Positions 1 through 10,161 are shown, counted from the stretch's first letter. The stretch is 64,000 nucleotides of DNA from Thermoplasmatota archaeon (GCA_028279595.1 JANQNK010000003.1:1-64000); one strand, 5' to 3'. Program-made: numbers and translations. The notes: generated from the sequence alone by a model not told the origin.

Positions 1-1
1 C

Positions 2-3000
2 AACCTGTCCTTCGTACCGAACGACGGCGCCTACGTTCACAACGGATCGGCGGCGCTCTTCGTTGGCGATGACGGCGACGCCGTGCACCTGGGGACCTCG
101 GTCGAGACCCTCTCCGGCTTCAGCGGAGACCTCAGGTCCGTCGCGATGCACCCCGAAGGAGAGTACGCACTCGTTGCAGGAAGCAGCGGCCTCTTCAGAT
201 GGTCGCCATGGTCCGGGGTCCAGAAGGTGTCGTCAGGAGATCTGAAGGACGTGTCCTTCGGCACTGACGGGAGGGCGACCGCCGTCGGCGACGGCATCGT
301 TGTCCGGTATCCCGGTGTCAGGGAGGTAGTGCTCAACGACACATGCGATTCATCCACGGGATGGACGACGGGAGGGACCAACGACGTATGGGAGCTCGGT
401 GTTGCGGACAGCGGTCAGGCATTCCCCCGGAGCCACAGTCCATGGTCGGTCTGGGGTACCGACCTCGACGCGGACCATCCCTCGGATTCCGACATGACGC
501 TCCGCCGGGACGTGGACCTCACCACGTACGACAATCCGGTCCTGTCGTTCTGGCATTACCGCGACTTCGAGATCGACTACGACGGCGGCCTCGTGGAGGT
601 CCTCGGCGCGAGCGACTGGGAGGTGGTCGTGCCGGAAGGCGGCTACGACAACCAGGTCAGCGCCCTCGATCGGACAGGGTTCAGCAATCTCACGGGATGG
701 AAGCGCGAGATGATATTCCTGGACGAATACGGCGGCGGCCTCCTGAGCTTCAGGTTCCGGTTCTCGAGCGACGCGTTCGTCGAGAACCCGGGATGGTTCA
801 TCGATGATGTCAAGATAGTCGACTGGAACGCGAGCTCCGAGGCGGTGGCCTACGATCTCATCGCCGTCGAACACAATGCGACGGGCGCCCTTGCTGTCGG
901 GACCGAAACTGTCTATCATGTCGACACTGGAACGGCGGGGAACGGTACCGGACTCTTCCCTCTCGGCCTCTGGTGGGACGAGGGATGGTACATCATCGAG
1001 CACGACGGCGACGTCAAATCCTACGACGGCGAACTGTCGTGGCTTGAATCGGTCGGCAACGCGACGGACATCGAGAGCTGGGACGGAGGATGGATCGCCG
1101 GCGATTACGGGATCTATCGATACGATGGCTCTTTCCAGCAGGCAAGTTGGTATGACGTCGATCAGGTCGTCCCTGACGGTCATCTGCTCTCGGCATCCAT
1201 CATCGGTTCCGAGGTCCATGACCTCGCCTGGATGAGGGACTCCCCCGAGGTCAAGGTGTGGGCAAACGGCGACCTGATCTCATCGGGAAGCCCCGTTGAC
1301 GGTTTCTTCAATCTCTCCTGGACCCCGTCGGACATCGGCATAATCAGGATCTCGGTCGCGATCAATCCCTCAGGTCCATCGTCCATCCCCGAGGCCAACC
1401 GGTCGGACAACAGGAGGGACCTCGACGTGGTCGTCAAACCTCCCGGGCAGTTCATTCTGATCGTGGACGACGATGCCGGACGCGACGATGAGGCCCTGGT
1501 CGCGAGCAATGTGGAGGACTGCCACGTTCACAATTCAACGAACGGCACGCTCAATGCCTCGATCATGGGTGAGTTCGACGCTGTCATCTGGATCGTCGGA
1601 GAGGACTTCGACGAGACCCTCAACGACACCGAGCGGGCGGAGCTGGGCGACTACCTCGACGCCGGAGGCAGGCTGTTCATCTCGGGCCAGGACCTCGGCT
1701 ACACATCGATCCGAGACGGATGGAACGCATGGTACGAGACATATCTTCACGCCGACCTCGAGGACCATGACGTCGAGTACTACGACATCAACGGGTCCGG
1801 CCTCTACGGAGGCATGTCGTTCGAGATCGACGCCGAAAGGCCCGGAGCGGTAACTCCGATATCCGGAGCGGTATCCGGAATGGAATACATCGACGGCAAC
1901 TCGTCCGCAGTGCTCTACTCCGGCGCCTACAGGATGGTCTACTGGTCCATCGGCGTACATCAGATCAACGACACGGTGGCCGCCATGTCCGCGGTGAATC
2001 TGACCCTTTCCTACCTGCTCGACGTAACGCCTCCATATGTCCACTCCGACGATTCACCGGACAACACCTCGACCGGCGCTTCCTATCCGGTCAACGTGAC
2101 CGTCTATGACGACACCGGCGTGCTCAGCGTCGATGCTGTATATGACTTCGGGTCCGGTCCCGTCGTCATGTCCCTTGACGAATGGAACGGGACGTGGATC
2201 GGGAACATCTCGGTCCCGACCGACGCGTCGATGATGAACCTGTCGTACTCGTTCGAGGACCATTCGGGCAACTCGAACGCGACAGGGACGAGGAACATAA
2301 CGATCATCGACAACGATCCTCCGACCGCTTCCGTCCAATCCTACGCCCTGGTCACAGGTGGGAACGGAACGGTCACGATCATAGCCTCCGACAACATGGG
2401 GCTCGCGGACGTCAGGCTCGTCTACGAATTCAGGCCTATCGGCGGTTCCGACAACGTATCCGCCAACGCCACCGTCGACATGGTGGTGCCGTTGAACGCG
2501 TCCGAGCTCAACGTCACGATATACTGCATCGACACGTCCGGGAACTGGGTCATGATAGAGGCTGGAAACCTCCCGGTCGTGGATACCATACCTCCCGACG
2601 GTGAGATGGTTCTCACCGACGAGACCTACGAACCAGGGAATAACGTCACGCTCAGGGGCAGGTTCACCGACAACATAGGGGTGGTCGGTGGTCATGCCGT
2701 CGTCTACCTCGGAACTAACCAGACAGAGGTCAATCTCACCGCCGACGGAGACGACTTCATCGCCGTCTTCGATCCGGGCACCTTCACCGGAGTGATAAAT
2801 TACACGTTCGTCCCGGAGGACGCATGGGGGAATTCGAGGTCGTTCGACCTTCACAACGTCACACCAGTGGATTCGATACCTCCGGAGATCATCGACATCT
2901 TCCATTTGCATTTCGCGACAAATAGCGAGTCGTACATTTACGTTACCGTCAGTGACAACGTCGAGGTCGGATACGTCAATGCATATGCCGAATTCGATGA

Positions 3001-3922
3001 CGAGATACAGTTCAACAACCTCTCGTTAGTCCATAACTGGACTGGATATTTCGATGTTCCCTCGAACGCAACATCCGTAACGATAAGGATAATCGCTGTC
3101 GACCTCGCAGGCAACTCCAACATGACCAATCTAACCTTGGATGTTAATGACACCGTGAAGCCCCAGATCCAGCTGTCCTATGGCGCGGCGCGGACAGGGG
3201 AGTCATTCAATATCTCGTTCACGATAACGGATCACAACGATGTGTCTGCTGCTTGGCTGAACTATACGTTCATCGGGGGCGGCACCTACACAACCCACCT
3301 GGGTTCCGGAACCCCGCTCTCGGGCAGCCAGCCTATATCGGTACCGATCACCGCGACCTGGATCAGCGGCACCATCGAGGCCGTCGACGATACGGGGAAC
3401 ATGGGGAACAAGAGCTTCTCCCTCGACGTCGAGGACATCATCGACCCTGTCATCGACGTGACCTCACCGATCACGTATTCTGCTGGTTACTACCAGTTGA
3501 CCTTCAGCGCGACAGACAACCACGCTGTGGATACGGTCAAGATCGTGTTCACACACAAGGACATCGTTGGCAAGGAGAACATCACGTTCACCGGCGATGG
3601 GCTCCATTCCTTCCAGGTCACCGAGGCAAGGGGGATCATCGAATTCGAGTTGATCGTCGAGGACGATGCCGGCAATATAGCCACCCTCAAGTTCAACGTC
3701 CGGCCGGAGAAGGAGGAATCGAAGGCTGACGAGAACATCGAGGGCACCCTGATGATCATCGTCGGGGTCCTCGCGGCCGCGTTCGTCCTAGGCCTCCTGT
3801 TCACAATGCGGAAGGCCAAGCCCGTGATGTTCGAATGTCCGATATGCAGCGCTTCGCTCAGGGAGGGGACGGAGGACTGTCCCATGTGCGGGGCCGTCAT
3901 CGACTGGAGCGATGAGGAATGA
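2..3922 (+). CDS. Large secreted/surface protein, 5' end outside the window. Beta-sandwich (MAM/immune-inhibitor-A-like) module, CARDB-like module, DxxPP-linked Ig-like repeats, C-terminal TM helix and zinc-ribbon tail
   Basis: Frame is open from position 2 (NLSFVPNDGAY...) into ORF 83..3922. Motifs: FWHYRDFE..YDGG..FRFRFSSD..GWFIDDV, PEANRSDN, ILIVDDD, repeated D-x-x-PP, TM IIVGVLAAAFVLGLLF, then CPIC...CPMC. Confidence 0.75.
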   Translation, partial: NLSFVPNDGAYVHNGSAALFVGDDGDAVHLGTSVETLSGFSGDLRSVAMHPEGEYALVAGSSGLFRWSPWSGVQKVSSGDLKDVSFGTDGRATAVGDGIVVRYPGVREVVLNDTCDSSTGWTTGGTNDVWELGVADSGQAFPRSHSPWSVWGTDLDADHPSDSDMTLRRDVDLTTYDNPVLSFWHYRDFEIDYDGGLVEVLGASDWEVVVPEGGYDNQVSALDRTGFSNLTGWKREMIFLDEYGGGLLSFRFRFSSDAFVENPGWFIDDVKIVDWNASSEAVAYDLIAVEHNATGALAVGTETVYHVDTGTAGNGTGLFPLGLWWDEGWYIIEHDGDVKSYDGELSWLESVGNATDIESWDGGWIAGDYGIYRYDGSFQQASWYDVDQVVPDGHLLSASIIGSEVHDLAWMRDSPEVKVWANGDLISSGSPVDGFFNLSWTPSDIGIIRISVAINPSGPSSIPEANRSDNRRDLDVVVKPPGQFILIVDDDAGRDDEALVASNVEDCHVHNSTNGTLNASIMGEFDAVIWIVGEDFDETLNDTERAELGDYLDAGGRLFISGQDLGYTSIRDGWNAWYETYLHADLEDHDVEYYDINGSGLYGGMSFEIDAERPGAVTPISGAVSGMEYIDGNSSAVLYSGAYRMVYWSIGVHQINDTVAAMSAVNLTLSYLLDVTPPYVHSDDSPDNTSTGASYPVNVTVYDDTGVLSVDAVYDFGSGPVVMSLDEWNGTWIGNISVPTDASMMNLSYSFEDHSGNSNATGTRNITIIDNDPPTASVQSYALVTGGNGTVTIIASDNMGLADVRLVYEFRPIGGSDNVSANATVDMVVPLNASELNVTIYCIDTSGNWVMIEAGNLPVVDTIPPDGEMVLTDETYEPGNNVTLRGRFTDNIGVVGGHAVVYLGTNQTEVNLTADGDDFIAVFDPGTFTGVINYTFVPEDAWGNSRSFDLHNVTPVDSIPPEIIDIFHLHFATNSESYIYVTVSDNVEVGYVNAYAEFDDEIQFNNLSLVHNWTGYFDVPSNATSVTIRIIAVDLAGNSNMTNLTLDVNDTVKPQIQLSYGAARTGESFNISFTITDHNDVSAAWLNYTFIGGGTYTTHLGSGTPLSGSQPISVPITATWISGTIEAVDDTGNMGNKSFSLDVEDIIDPVIDVTSPITYSAGYYQLTFSATDNHAVDTVKIVFTHKDIVGKENITFTGDGLHSFQVTEARGIIEFELIVEDDAGNIATLKFNVRPEKEESKADENIEGTLMIIVGVLAAAFVLGLLFTMRKAKPVMFECPICSASLREGTEDCPMCGAVIDWSDEE

Positions 3923-4509
3923 CGTTCAGGATCGGCGTTCTGGCGTATCAGGGCGACGTCTCCGAGCATCTGGCTGCCATGAGGAGGGCTCTTTCTGACG
4001 GCGAAGTGATACCTGTCAGGAGTCCCGATCAGATCGAGACCATTTCTGGACTAGTCATCCCCGGAGGCGAGAGCACCGCGATCTCCGAGGTACTCGAGAA
4101 CTTCGCGACCGCGATATCCGATCATGGCGACTCGATGGCGATATGGGGCACCTGCGCCGGTGCCATCACGCTCTCGACCGAGGTCATCGACCCGGACGGG
4201 TCCATCGACAGGAAGGTAACTCCTCTCAGGCGCATGTCCATCGCAACCGTGCGGAACTACTACGGAAGCCAGAAGGACTCCTTCCAGGTCCCGCTCGAGT
4301 TGAAGGGGGTCGGGCGGTTCCCCGCCGTTTTCATCAGGGCGCCCGCCATCGAGAGGGCGTGGGGCGACGCCGAGGTCCTGGGATCGTTCGATGACAAGAT
4401 AATCATGGTCCGCGAGCGGAACATGCTCGCGACAACGTTCCACCCCGAACTCGTGACCGACACGGGCGTCCACGACTACTTCATCGGAATGGCCCGCGAG
4501 ATGATGTGA
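3919..4509 (+). CDS. pdxT: Pyridoxal 5'-phosphate synthase glutaminase subunit
   Basis: GVLAYQGDVSEH, IPGGEST, GTCAG, FIRAP and FHPEL motifs. ATGA overlap with the upstream stop. Confidence 0.96.
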   Translation: MTFRIGVLAYQGDVSEHLAAMRRALSDGEVIPVRSPDQIETISGLVIPGGESTAISEVLENFATAISDHGDSMAIWGTCAGAITLSTEVIDPDGSIDRKVTPLRRMSIATVRNYYGSQKDSFQVPLELKGVGRFPAVFIRAPAIERAWGDAEVLGSFDDKIIMVRERNMLATTFHPELVTDTGVHDYFIGMAREMM

Positions 4510-4562
4510 GGGCGCGTCAACCTTATACCGTGCAAGGCGATTACCCGGTCTGAGGAAATGGG

Positions 4563-5117
4563 ATGATCGGACTCGACCAGGCCATCGACATCATCGAGGA
4601 GGGACTTCTCGTCGTATACCCTACCGAGACGGTCTACGGCATCGGAGCTTCCATCAAGAGCCTCGAGGCCGTCAACTGGGTCTACGAGGTCAAGGGCACA
4701 CCCGACGGGACCCCGTTCCCCGTTGCGGTCTCGAGTCTGGAGATGGCCAAGGAGATCGCCGTGCTCAACCACGAGAACGTCCTTCGAAGGTATCTCCCAG
4801 GTCCATTCACGTTCATACTTCCATCCGCCGGCGAGTTCGGATGGCAGGGCACCATCGGCCTAAGGATGCCGGATTCGGCGCTCGCACTGAAACTGATAGA
4901 CTCCGTCGGCCCGATAACCTCGACGAGCGCGAACAAGCACGGATCGCCTCCGCCGAAATCGGTCGGCGAGGTGACGGTGGAACTGCCGGTTATGTCCGGT
5001 CCACCGTGCAGGTTCGCGAAACCCTCGGGCGTTATCGACCTACGGGGTGATGAACCCCAGGTCCACAGGGAAGGACCGATCGGCTTCGAACTGGGTCATT
5101 GGGAGATTGGGACATAG
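4563..5117 (+). CDS. tsaC: YrdC-domain threonylcarbamoyl-AMP synthase (TsaC/Sua5 family, no SUA5 C-terminal domain)
   Basis: YPTETVYGIGA, PGPFTFIL, IGLRMPD, TSTSAN motifs. The KxR motif reads KGT. Confidence 0.85.
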   Translation: MIGLDQAIDIIEEGLLVVYPTETVYGIGASIKSLEAVNWVYEVKGTPDGTPFPVAVSSLEMAKEIAVLNHENVLRRYLPGPFTFILPSAGEFGWQGTIGLRMPDSALALKLIDSVGPITSTSANKHGSPPPKSVGEVTVELPVMSGPPCRFAKPSGVIDLRGDEPQVHREGPIGFELGHWEIGT

Positions 5118-5147
5118 TGAAAGATCGATTGCTTGGCGAATAACAAT

Positions 5148-5786
5148 TCAGGCATATTCGCCATGCCAATCAAAATTGAAATGTTGCCATCCTTCGATCA
5201 GGAGAGTATTGTTTGTACACCTTTCTTCTGACCAGTAGGTGGTAACCTCATAGTAATATCTGAAACTGCCATTGATCGATGAGTAAATTGTGTACACATC
5301 TGGGCCCCTTCTATCGATCCTTAAACTCGGCATCGGTCCTCTACGATAAAGAATTCCTGAAAATGTCAAACTAGCCGTACTATCACTGGTCATGTTCAAT
5401 CCGATACCGTACGGCGTCTCTTCGAGATGATAACCGCTTCTGATATCATTGAGACGTTTTGTCAAACGATTTTTCGTCTCGTTCTCACGCATTGGATAGG
5501 GGACGATGATAGTGTATTCGATTCCCTCCTGGTCCGGTTCGAATCGGATCTCCAATCTGTACTCGATACGGTCGACAGTAATTATCTCGACTGCGATCGT
5601 CCAGATGTTGATGATCATCACTATACATAGGAAAGCGAACAATGCCTGCAACTTTCCATGTGTTCTTTTCGGTCGAATCTTACGTCTAATCCGGGATATT
5701 AGGTATACGACGAAAAGGTTGAGTGGGAGTAGGAACGTGTTCCAATAGGCGAATTTAACCCACAGCGGTGGATCGTACACTACCAT
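5148..5786 (-). CDS. Hypothetical membrane protein (two N-terminal TM helices), paralogue of 5843..6484
   Basis: 212-aa ORF in an AT-richer stretch. Shares the blocks IIVP, GIGLN, IYS..NGS and GWQ with its neighbour. Confidence 0.7.
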   Translation of the reverse strand: MVVYDPPLWVKFAYWNTFLLPLNLFVVYLISRIRRKIRPKRTHGKLQALFAFLCIVMIINIWTIAVEIITVDRIEYRLEIRFEPDQEGIEYTIIVPYPMRENETKNRLTKRLNDIRSGYHLEETPYGIGLNMTSDSTASLTFSGILYRRGPMPSLRIDRRGPDVYTIYSSINGSFRYYYEVTTYWSEERCTNNTLLIEGWQHFNFDWHGEYA

Positions 5787-5842
5787 TGTGACTGGATGGC
5801 TTCAAGGTACTAAATTCCTTTCGAGGACCAGTTCCGGATGAA

Positions 5843-6484
5843 TCAATCTGATTCGTAGCCCCCCTCAATGAACTCTACCTGTTGCCATCCTTTCATCAAT
5901 GTAGTATTCGCTGTGTAGACACTTTCAGACGCTCGGGGGACCTCCGTCCGGAAACGATACCTCAAACTGCCGTTGACGGTGGAATAAATCCAATGGTATT
6001 GCCGAGGCCTGGTTTCATTTCGCAGAGTTGGGCGGTAATGACCTACTCCGTGCTCGAGTCTTCCACTGAAATCTATCTCTATTGGACCATTTGAAGAAAT
6101 ATTCAATCCAATGCCGAATAGGGTGTCCTCGATCGCATAGTCTATCTTTGTTTTATCAAGTCTCGACGTCAAGAAATTCGATCTTTCTTTCCCGTGACTT
6201 AGGAATGGTACTATAATCGAACAATTACTCCCCTCATCAGGTACGAAGTCAAGCTCAAAATGGTAGTCAGCACGACTGTATTCATAATCTCCAAAGAGGT
6301 AAAGGCCACTATCGATCAACACTAGAATTATCAGTAGGGGAATGATCCTTATCATCTTCGCAGTGTTCAATCTGTAATACGCTTTCAGTAGCATCAACAA
6401 CGCTACAAGAGTCAACGACAACGAACAGTAAAGGGAATATTTGATGAGAGGTGGCCACCAGTGTGGTATTATTATGAACATCAC
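5843..6484 (-). CDS. Hypothetical membrane protein (two N-terminal TM helices), paralogue of 5148..5786
   Basis: 213-aa ORF with the same block order as its neighbour. Confidence 0.7.
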   Translation of the reverse strand: MMFIIIPHWWPPLIKYSLYCSLSLTLVALLMLLKAYYRLNTAKMIRIIPLLIILVLIDSGLYLFGDYEYSRADYHFELDFVPDEGSNCSIIVPFLSHGKERSNFLTSRLDKTKIDYAIEDTLFGIGLNISSNGPIEIDFSGRLEHGVGHYRPTLRNETRPRQYHWIYSTVNGSLRYRFRTEVPRASESVYTANTTLMKGWQQVEFIEGGYESD

Positions 6485-6533
6485 TACAGAATTGGATGTG
6501 ACTACTTATTGATTGCTAGCTGCCGGTATCTTC

Positions 6534-7430
6534 TCAGATCCCGCGGTCCTGTAGCCGGACCTCGAGCTTGTCCACCTCTAGCCCGGGCATCGCGTCGCCG
6601 AGTCCCCTGGAGACCTCGGCAATGACATCCGCTTCGGTGAAGTGGTGAACGGCCTCGACGATGGCCCTCGCCATCATCTCGGGCTGCGAGGATTTGAAGA
6701 TACCGGACCCGACGAAGACGCCGTCGGCTCCCATCTGCATCATCATCGCCGCATCCGCGGGGGTCGCGATGCCACCTGCGGTGAAATTCACGACGGGAAG
6801 CCTCTGCAGTTCGGCGGCCTCGATGACGAGTTCTGCCGGAGCGTTGATGTCCCTGGATATGTGCACGAGCTCGGCCTGTTCCTTCCCCTTCAGTTCCCTG
6901 AGGGTCCCGATGATCGCGCGCATGTGCCTCGTCGCCTCGATGACGTTACCCGTACCGGCCTCACCCTTCGTCCTTATCATCGCGGCTCCCTCGTGGATGC
7001 GCCTGAGCGCCTCACCGAGGTTCCGTGCCCCGCAGACGAACGGGACCGTGAACTTCGACTTGTCGACGTGATAGAAGGGATCGGCGGGGGTCAGGACCTC
7101 GGACTCGTCGATCATGTCGACGCCGATGGACTGGAGCACCTGCGCCTCGGCGAAGTGACCGATGCGGCACTTGGCCATGACAGGGATGGAAACGGTATCC
7201 TTGATCTCGGCGATCTTGGTCGGATCGGCCATCCTCGCGACGCCGCCCGCCGCACGGATATCCGCCGGAACTCGCTCGAGCGCCATCACGGCGACGGCTC
7301 CGGCGTCCTCGGCGATCCTCGCCTGGTCCGCATTGGTGACGTCCATGATTACGCCGCCCTTCTGCATGCTGGCGAAGCCTCGCTTAATCAGTTCGGTGCC
7401 GTGTCTCAACTCGGACAGTTCTACATCCAT
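6534..7430 (-). CDS. pdxS: Pyridoxal 5'-phosphate synthase lyase subunit
   Basis: [53 protein letters not shown]. Confidence 0.98.
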   Translation of the reverse strand: MDVELSELRHGTELIKRGFASMQKGGVIMDVTNADQARIAEDAGAVAVMALERVPADIRAAGGVARMADPTKIAEIKDTVSIPVMAKCRIGHFAEAQVLQSIGVDMIDESEVLTPADPFYHVDKSKFTVPFVCGARNLGEALRRIHEGAAMIRTKGEAGTGNVIEATRHMRAIIGTLRELKGKEQAELVHISRDINAPAELVIEAAELQRLPVVNFTAGGIATPADAAMMMQMGADGVFVGSGIFKSSQPEMMARAIVEAVHHFTEADVIAEVSRGLGDAMPGLEVDKLEVRLQDRGI

Positions 7431-7479
7431 GTCATTTCCCCCATTCGGTTATCGACTTGAGAGTGGGATCGTATGAAGA

Positions 7480-8070
7480 TTACTTGCCCTTGCCCTGGTG
7501 GGCCCGGATCGACGGGCGGACCTTCTCGACGCCGCGCCCCTTCTGATGGAGGCCGCGTCCGCGCTTCCCGGCGGACGTGAGTCCCCTGTTCGCGCGTCCC
7601 CTGTGCTGGGGCTCGGTGATCCACTTCATGTCGTCGTCCTTGGCGATGGCCGGGTGGTGCGGATCGACGAGTATCACCTCGTAGTACTTGTGACGACCGT
7701 CCTCGGCAACCCAGTAGGAGTTCAGGACCTCGAGGTTCGGGAACTTGCGTGCCGTCCTCTCCTCCGCGATCCTCTGGATCGACTTGGCCATTGTTATCTT
7801 GTTGATACCCTTGGCGCGGGGTTTCCTTCCGCCCTTGATCATCCGCTTGCGGAGACCGCCCCTGCGGACCCTTGTCCGCGCCATGACGAAGCCCTGCTTG
7901 CGCTTGAAGCCGAGGCTCCTGGCCCGGTCTATCCTGGTCGGACCTTCGATCCTCGTGACGGCCTCCTCGCGTCTCCACTCGAGCATCCGCTCCCTGTAGA
8001 GCGCTTTCATGTCGCCGTCGTTCGGCCTCTTCCACTGGTCGGCCATGTGGCCGTACATGCTCTTCGCCAT
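7480..8070 (-). CDS. rpl15e: 50S ribosomal protein L15e
   Basis: [47 protein letters not shown]. Start placed at ATG 8070 (MAKSMY), downstream of a GGTGA SD. Confidence 0.97.
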   Translation of the reverse strand: MAKSMYGHMADQWKRPNDGDMKALYRERMLEWRREEAVTRIEGPTRIDRARSLGFKRKQGFVMARTRVRRGGLRKRMIKGGRKPRAKGINKITMAKSIQRIAEERTARKFPNLEVLNSYWVAEDGRHKYYEVILVDPHHPAIAKDDDMKWITEPQHRGRANRGLTSAGKRGRGLHQKGRGVEKVRPSIRAHQGKGK

Positions 8071-8106
8071 GGGTATCACCCCGGTAGCGTCCCCATTCCC
8101 TTCCAT

Positions 8107-8119
8107 GATAAAAGGGTTT
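8107..8119 (-). promoter_or_regulatory. Archaeal BRE/TATA promoter of rpl15e
   Basis: Minus strand reads AAACCCTTTTATC, nearly identical to the element upstream of metG. Confidence 0.6.
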
Positions 8120-8183
8120 CGGAATGAAAAAGGACCGTAAGTGGTCTCTCGATACCTCGTATTCCCCTAGTGGGAATGCGGAT

Positions 8184-9953
8184 TCAACCTTCGTTCACTG
8201 GCTCGTACGGATTGAATGCCGGATCGCCGTAGCAGTGGTACTCCCAGGCGACGCAGAGGTTGATCGCCTGCTCCTCGTCATTGAACTCCTCGTCCCATTC
8301 CTCGGAGTTGACCAGGTCGTTGTGGGCGAGCCGGTGTGCCTCGCCGACGGTCAGGTCCTCGTTGATGATCTTCTCGAAGAAGAGACGGCACAGTCCGTTG
8401 CCGGCCTTGTTGTCGTCCTGCTCGATCTCCGGGTCGAAGGTGGCCGTCGATATGACCCCATAGGTCACCCTTGTCGGCGCGACGTAGGTCAGGAGCCCCA
8501 TCTCGAGGAACGTGTAACATATCGATTCGTCGACGCTGTAGCCCCGGTTCTCCAGGTCGTCTATCCGTCCGAGGTTGCACGAGACCGCGAAGGTCACTCC
8601 CGGGTGCAGCGGCATCAGGTCGTCCGCGTTGAACGTGACCGTGCTTCCGGGATTGCCGTGGTCCGCATTGATCGCGATGAAGTTGGCACGGGTGAACTCG
8701 TTTACGACTGGGTTGACCGCATTGGGCATCCCGCTGTACGCTGCATGTGCTGGGGCGCTGTCGTCGGCGGAGTTGAACTCGCCGTCGAAGTAGAAGTCCT
8801 TCCATACCTCGTTCAGGGACCTCGTGTCGAACTCGGCGGCGAGCGCACAGTAGACCATAGCATTGTTGTTCCACTGATGGGTCTGCTGCGGAGCGGGTTC
8901 GATCGGCCCACTGGTGGTCGCCCAGTACTGCTCGTAGAAGAGCAGTCTCTCGAAGTACCGGCTCATGTCGGGCAGCGACTTGGCGATCATCCTGCCTGTA
9001 GCGACCTCCATGGTCCACTCGTTGCCATCCAGGTCTGCGCACCAGTCGTCCGCCGGTACCGGGTTCTCGCCGGGGAGCCCGTCCTCCTCGTAGTTGTCGA
9101 AGTGCTTGTACATGTATCCGAGGGCGAGGGCGTCGCCGAACATGCAGAGGTATTCGGGATCGTATCCCGCGAGTCCCATGTACTCGTATGCGTCGTGGAC
9201 GCTGACATTGATGTCCGTGCCGTTCGCGCTCTCGGGTGTGAGTATCAGGGCGTTCCTGTGGACCGCCAGAAGGCTCGAGAACGCTGAAAGGTGAGGTACG
9301 TCGGCCTTCCCCTCGACGTCGTCAGGGTTCGTGACTATCAGGTAGTTCGTGTCCATCTCGAGGTCGTTGAAGGTCTCGAGGGTCCAGAAGAAGTAACTGG
9401 TCTCGTCGAGGACCGTCAGTCCGCGGTCCCGGTGCTTGTTGAGCGGGGTATCACCGCAGACGATGACCTCCTTGGGCATCACGGTTCCCAGGGCCCATAA
9501 CGCCTCGGCGGTCGTGTCTCCCCAGAGCAGGATCGGAGCGTCCAGGGCAGCCGCTGCGGGCACCATCCTGACCGCATGTGAGTAGTTCTCAGCGACGATC
9601 GTGTATTCGGGCTCGTCCCAGTACGAAACGGCGATCTCGCTTGAGATGATAGACGGATCGTCGGTCGGGACACTGCCAGTGGTCAGTCCGAGCTCGGACT
9701 CGCCGCCGATGTTCGTGGAGATCCCGGCCTTCCTCCAGAGCAGCGAGGCAGACGGAGCGGCCTCGTAGGCTGCCTCCGACAGGACGATGATCTCGATGTC
9801 GACCGCGTCCCCTATTAGGACCTCCGAGCTGGGCCGGCCGATGATCGGACCGGAGTCCCCATCGTCCTCTCCAGTGCTGAATGTCAGGGCCAGGCCTCCT
9901 ATCAGTAGGATGGCGACCGCGGCTAACGCATACATCTTGCTCGACATCGGCAT
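8184..9953 (-). CDS. Secreted or membrane-anchored C25 (gingipain-like) cysteine peptidase
   Basis: N-terminal hydrophobic anchor. MFGD, D.WCADLD, VATGRM, catalytic NADHG and AVSCNLG, C-terminal YGDP motif. Confidence 0.8.
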   Translation of the reverse strand: MPMSSKMYALAAVAILLIGGLALTFSTGEDDGDSGPIIGRPSSEVLIGDAVDIEIIVLSEAAYEAAPSASLLWRKAGISTNIGGESELGLTTGSVPTDDPSIISSEIAVSYWDEPEYTIVAENYSHAVRMVPAAAALDAPILLWGDTTAEALWALGTVMPKEVIVCGDTPLNKHRDRGLTVLDETSYFFWTLETFNDLEMDTNYLIVTNPDDVEGKADVPHLSAFSSLLAVHRNALILTPESANGTDINVSVHDAYEYMGLAGYDPEYLCMFGDALALGYMYKHFDNYEEDGLPGENPVPADDWCADLDGNEWTMEVATGRMIAKSLPDMSRYFERLLFYEQYWATTSGPIEPAPQQTHQWNNNAMVYCALAAEFDTRSLNEVWKDFYFDGEFNSADDSAPAHAAYSGMPNAVNPVVNEFTRANFIAINADHGNPGSTVTFNADDLMPLHPGVTFAVSCNLGRIDDLENRGYSVDESICYTFLEMGLLTYVAPTRVTYGVISTATFDPEIEQDDNKAGNGLCRLFFEKIINEDLTVGEAHRLAHNDLVNSEEWDEEFNDEEQAINLCVAWEYHCYGDPAFNPYEPVNEG

Positions 9954-10090
9954 GGTGTCTCACTCTCCCGTGAAAGGCCCGACGCACGATCGGCAGAAAT
10001 GGGTCTGCATCATTCGTGCTAGGCCATGTGAACGAATGACAATGTTCTATTTATCGTTTACTTTCCTCTTTTCCTCGTAATCGAGAGAGA

Positions 10091-10127
10091 ATGCGCTCGC
10101 CGACGACCCGGTGGGTCGGCAACGCAT
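10091..10127. repeat. GC-rich intergenic inverted repeat (possible terminator or dispersed palindrome)
   Basis: ATGCG..GCCGAC/GTCGGC..CGCAT just downstream of metG. The core CGACGACCC..GGGTCG recurs at 30940-30958. Confidence 0.5.
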
Positions 10128-10161
10128 GTCGGGAGTGATGGTCCAGGTCAGGGTCGTGGGG

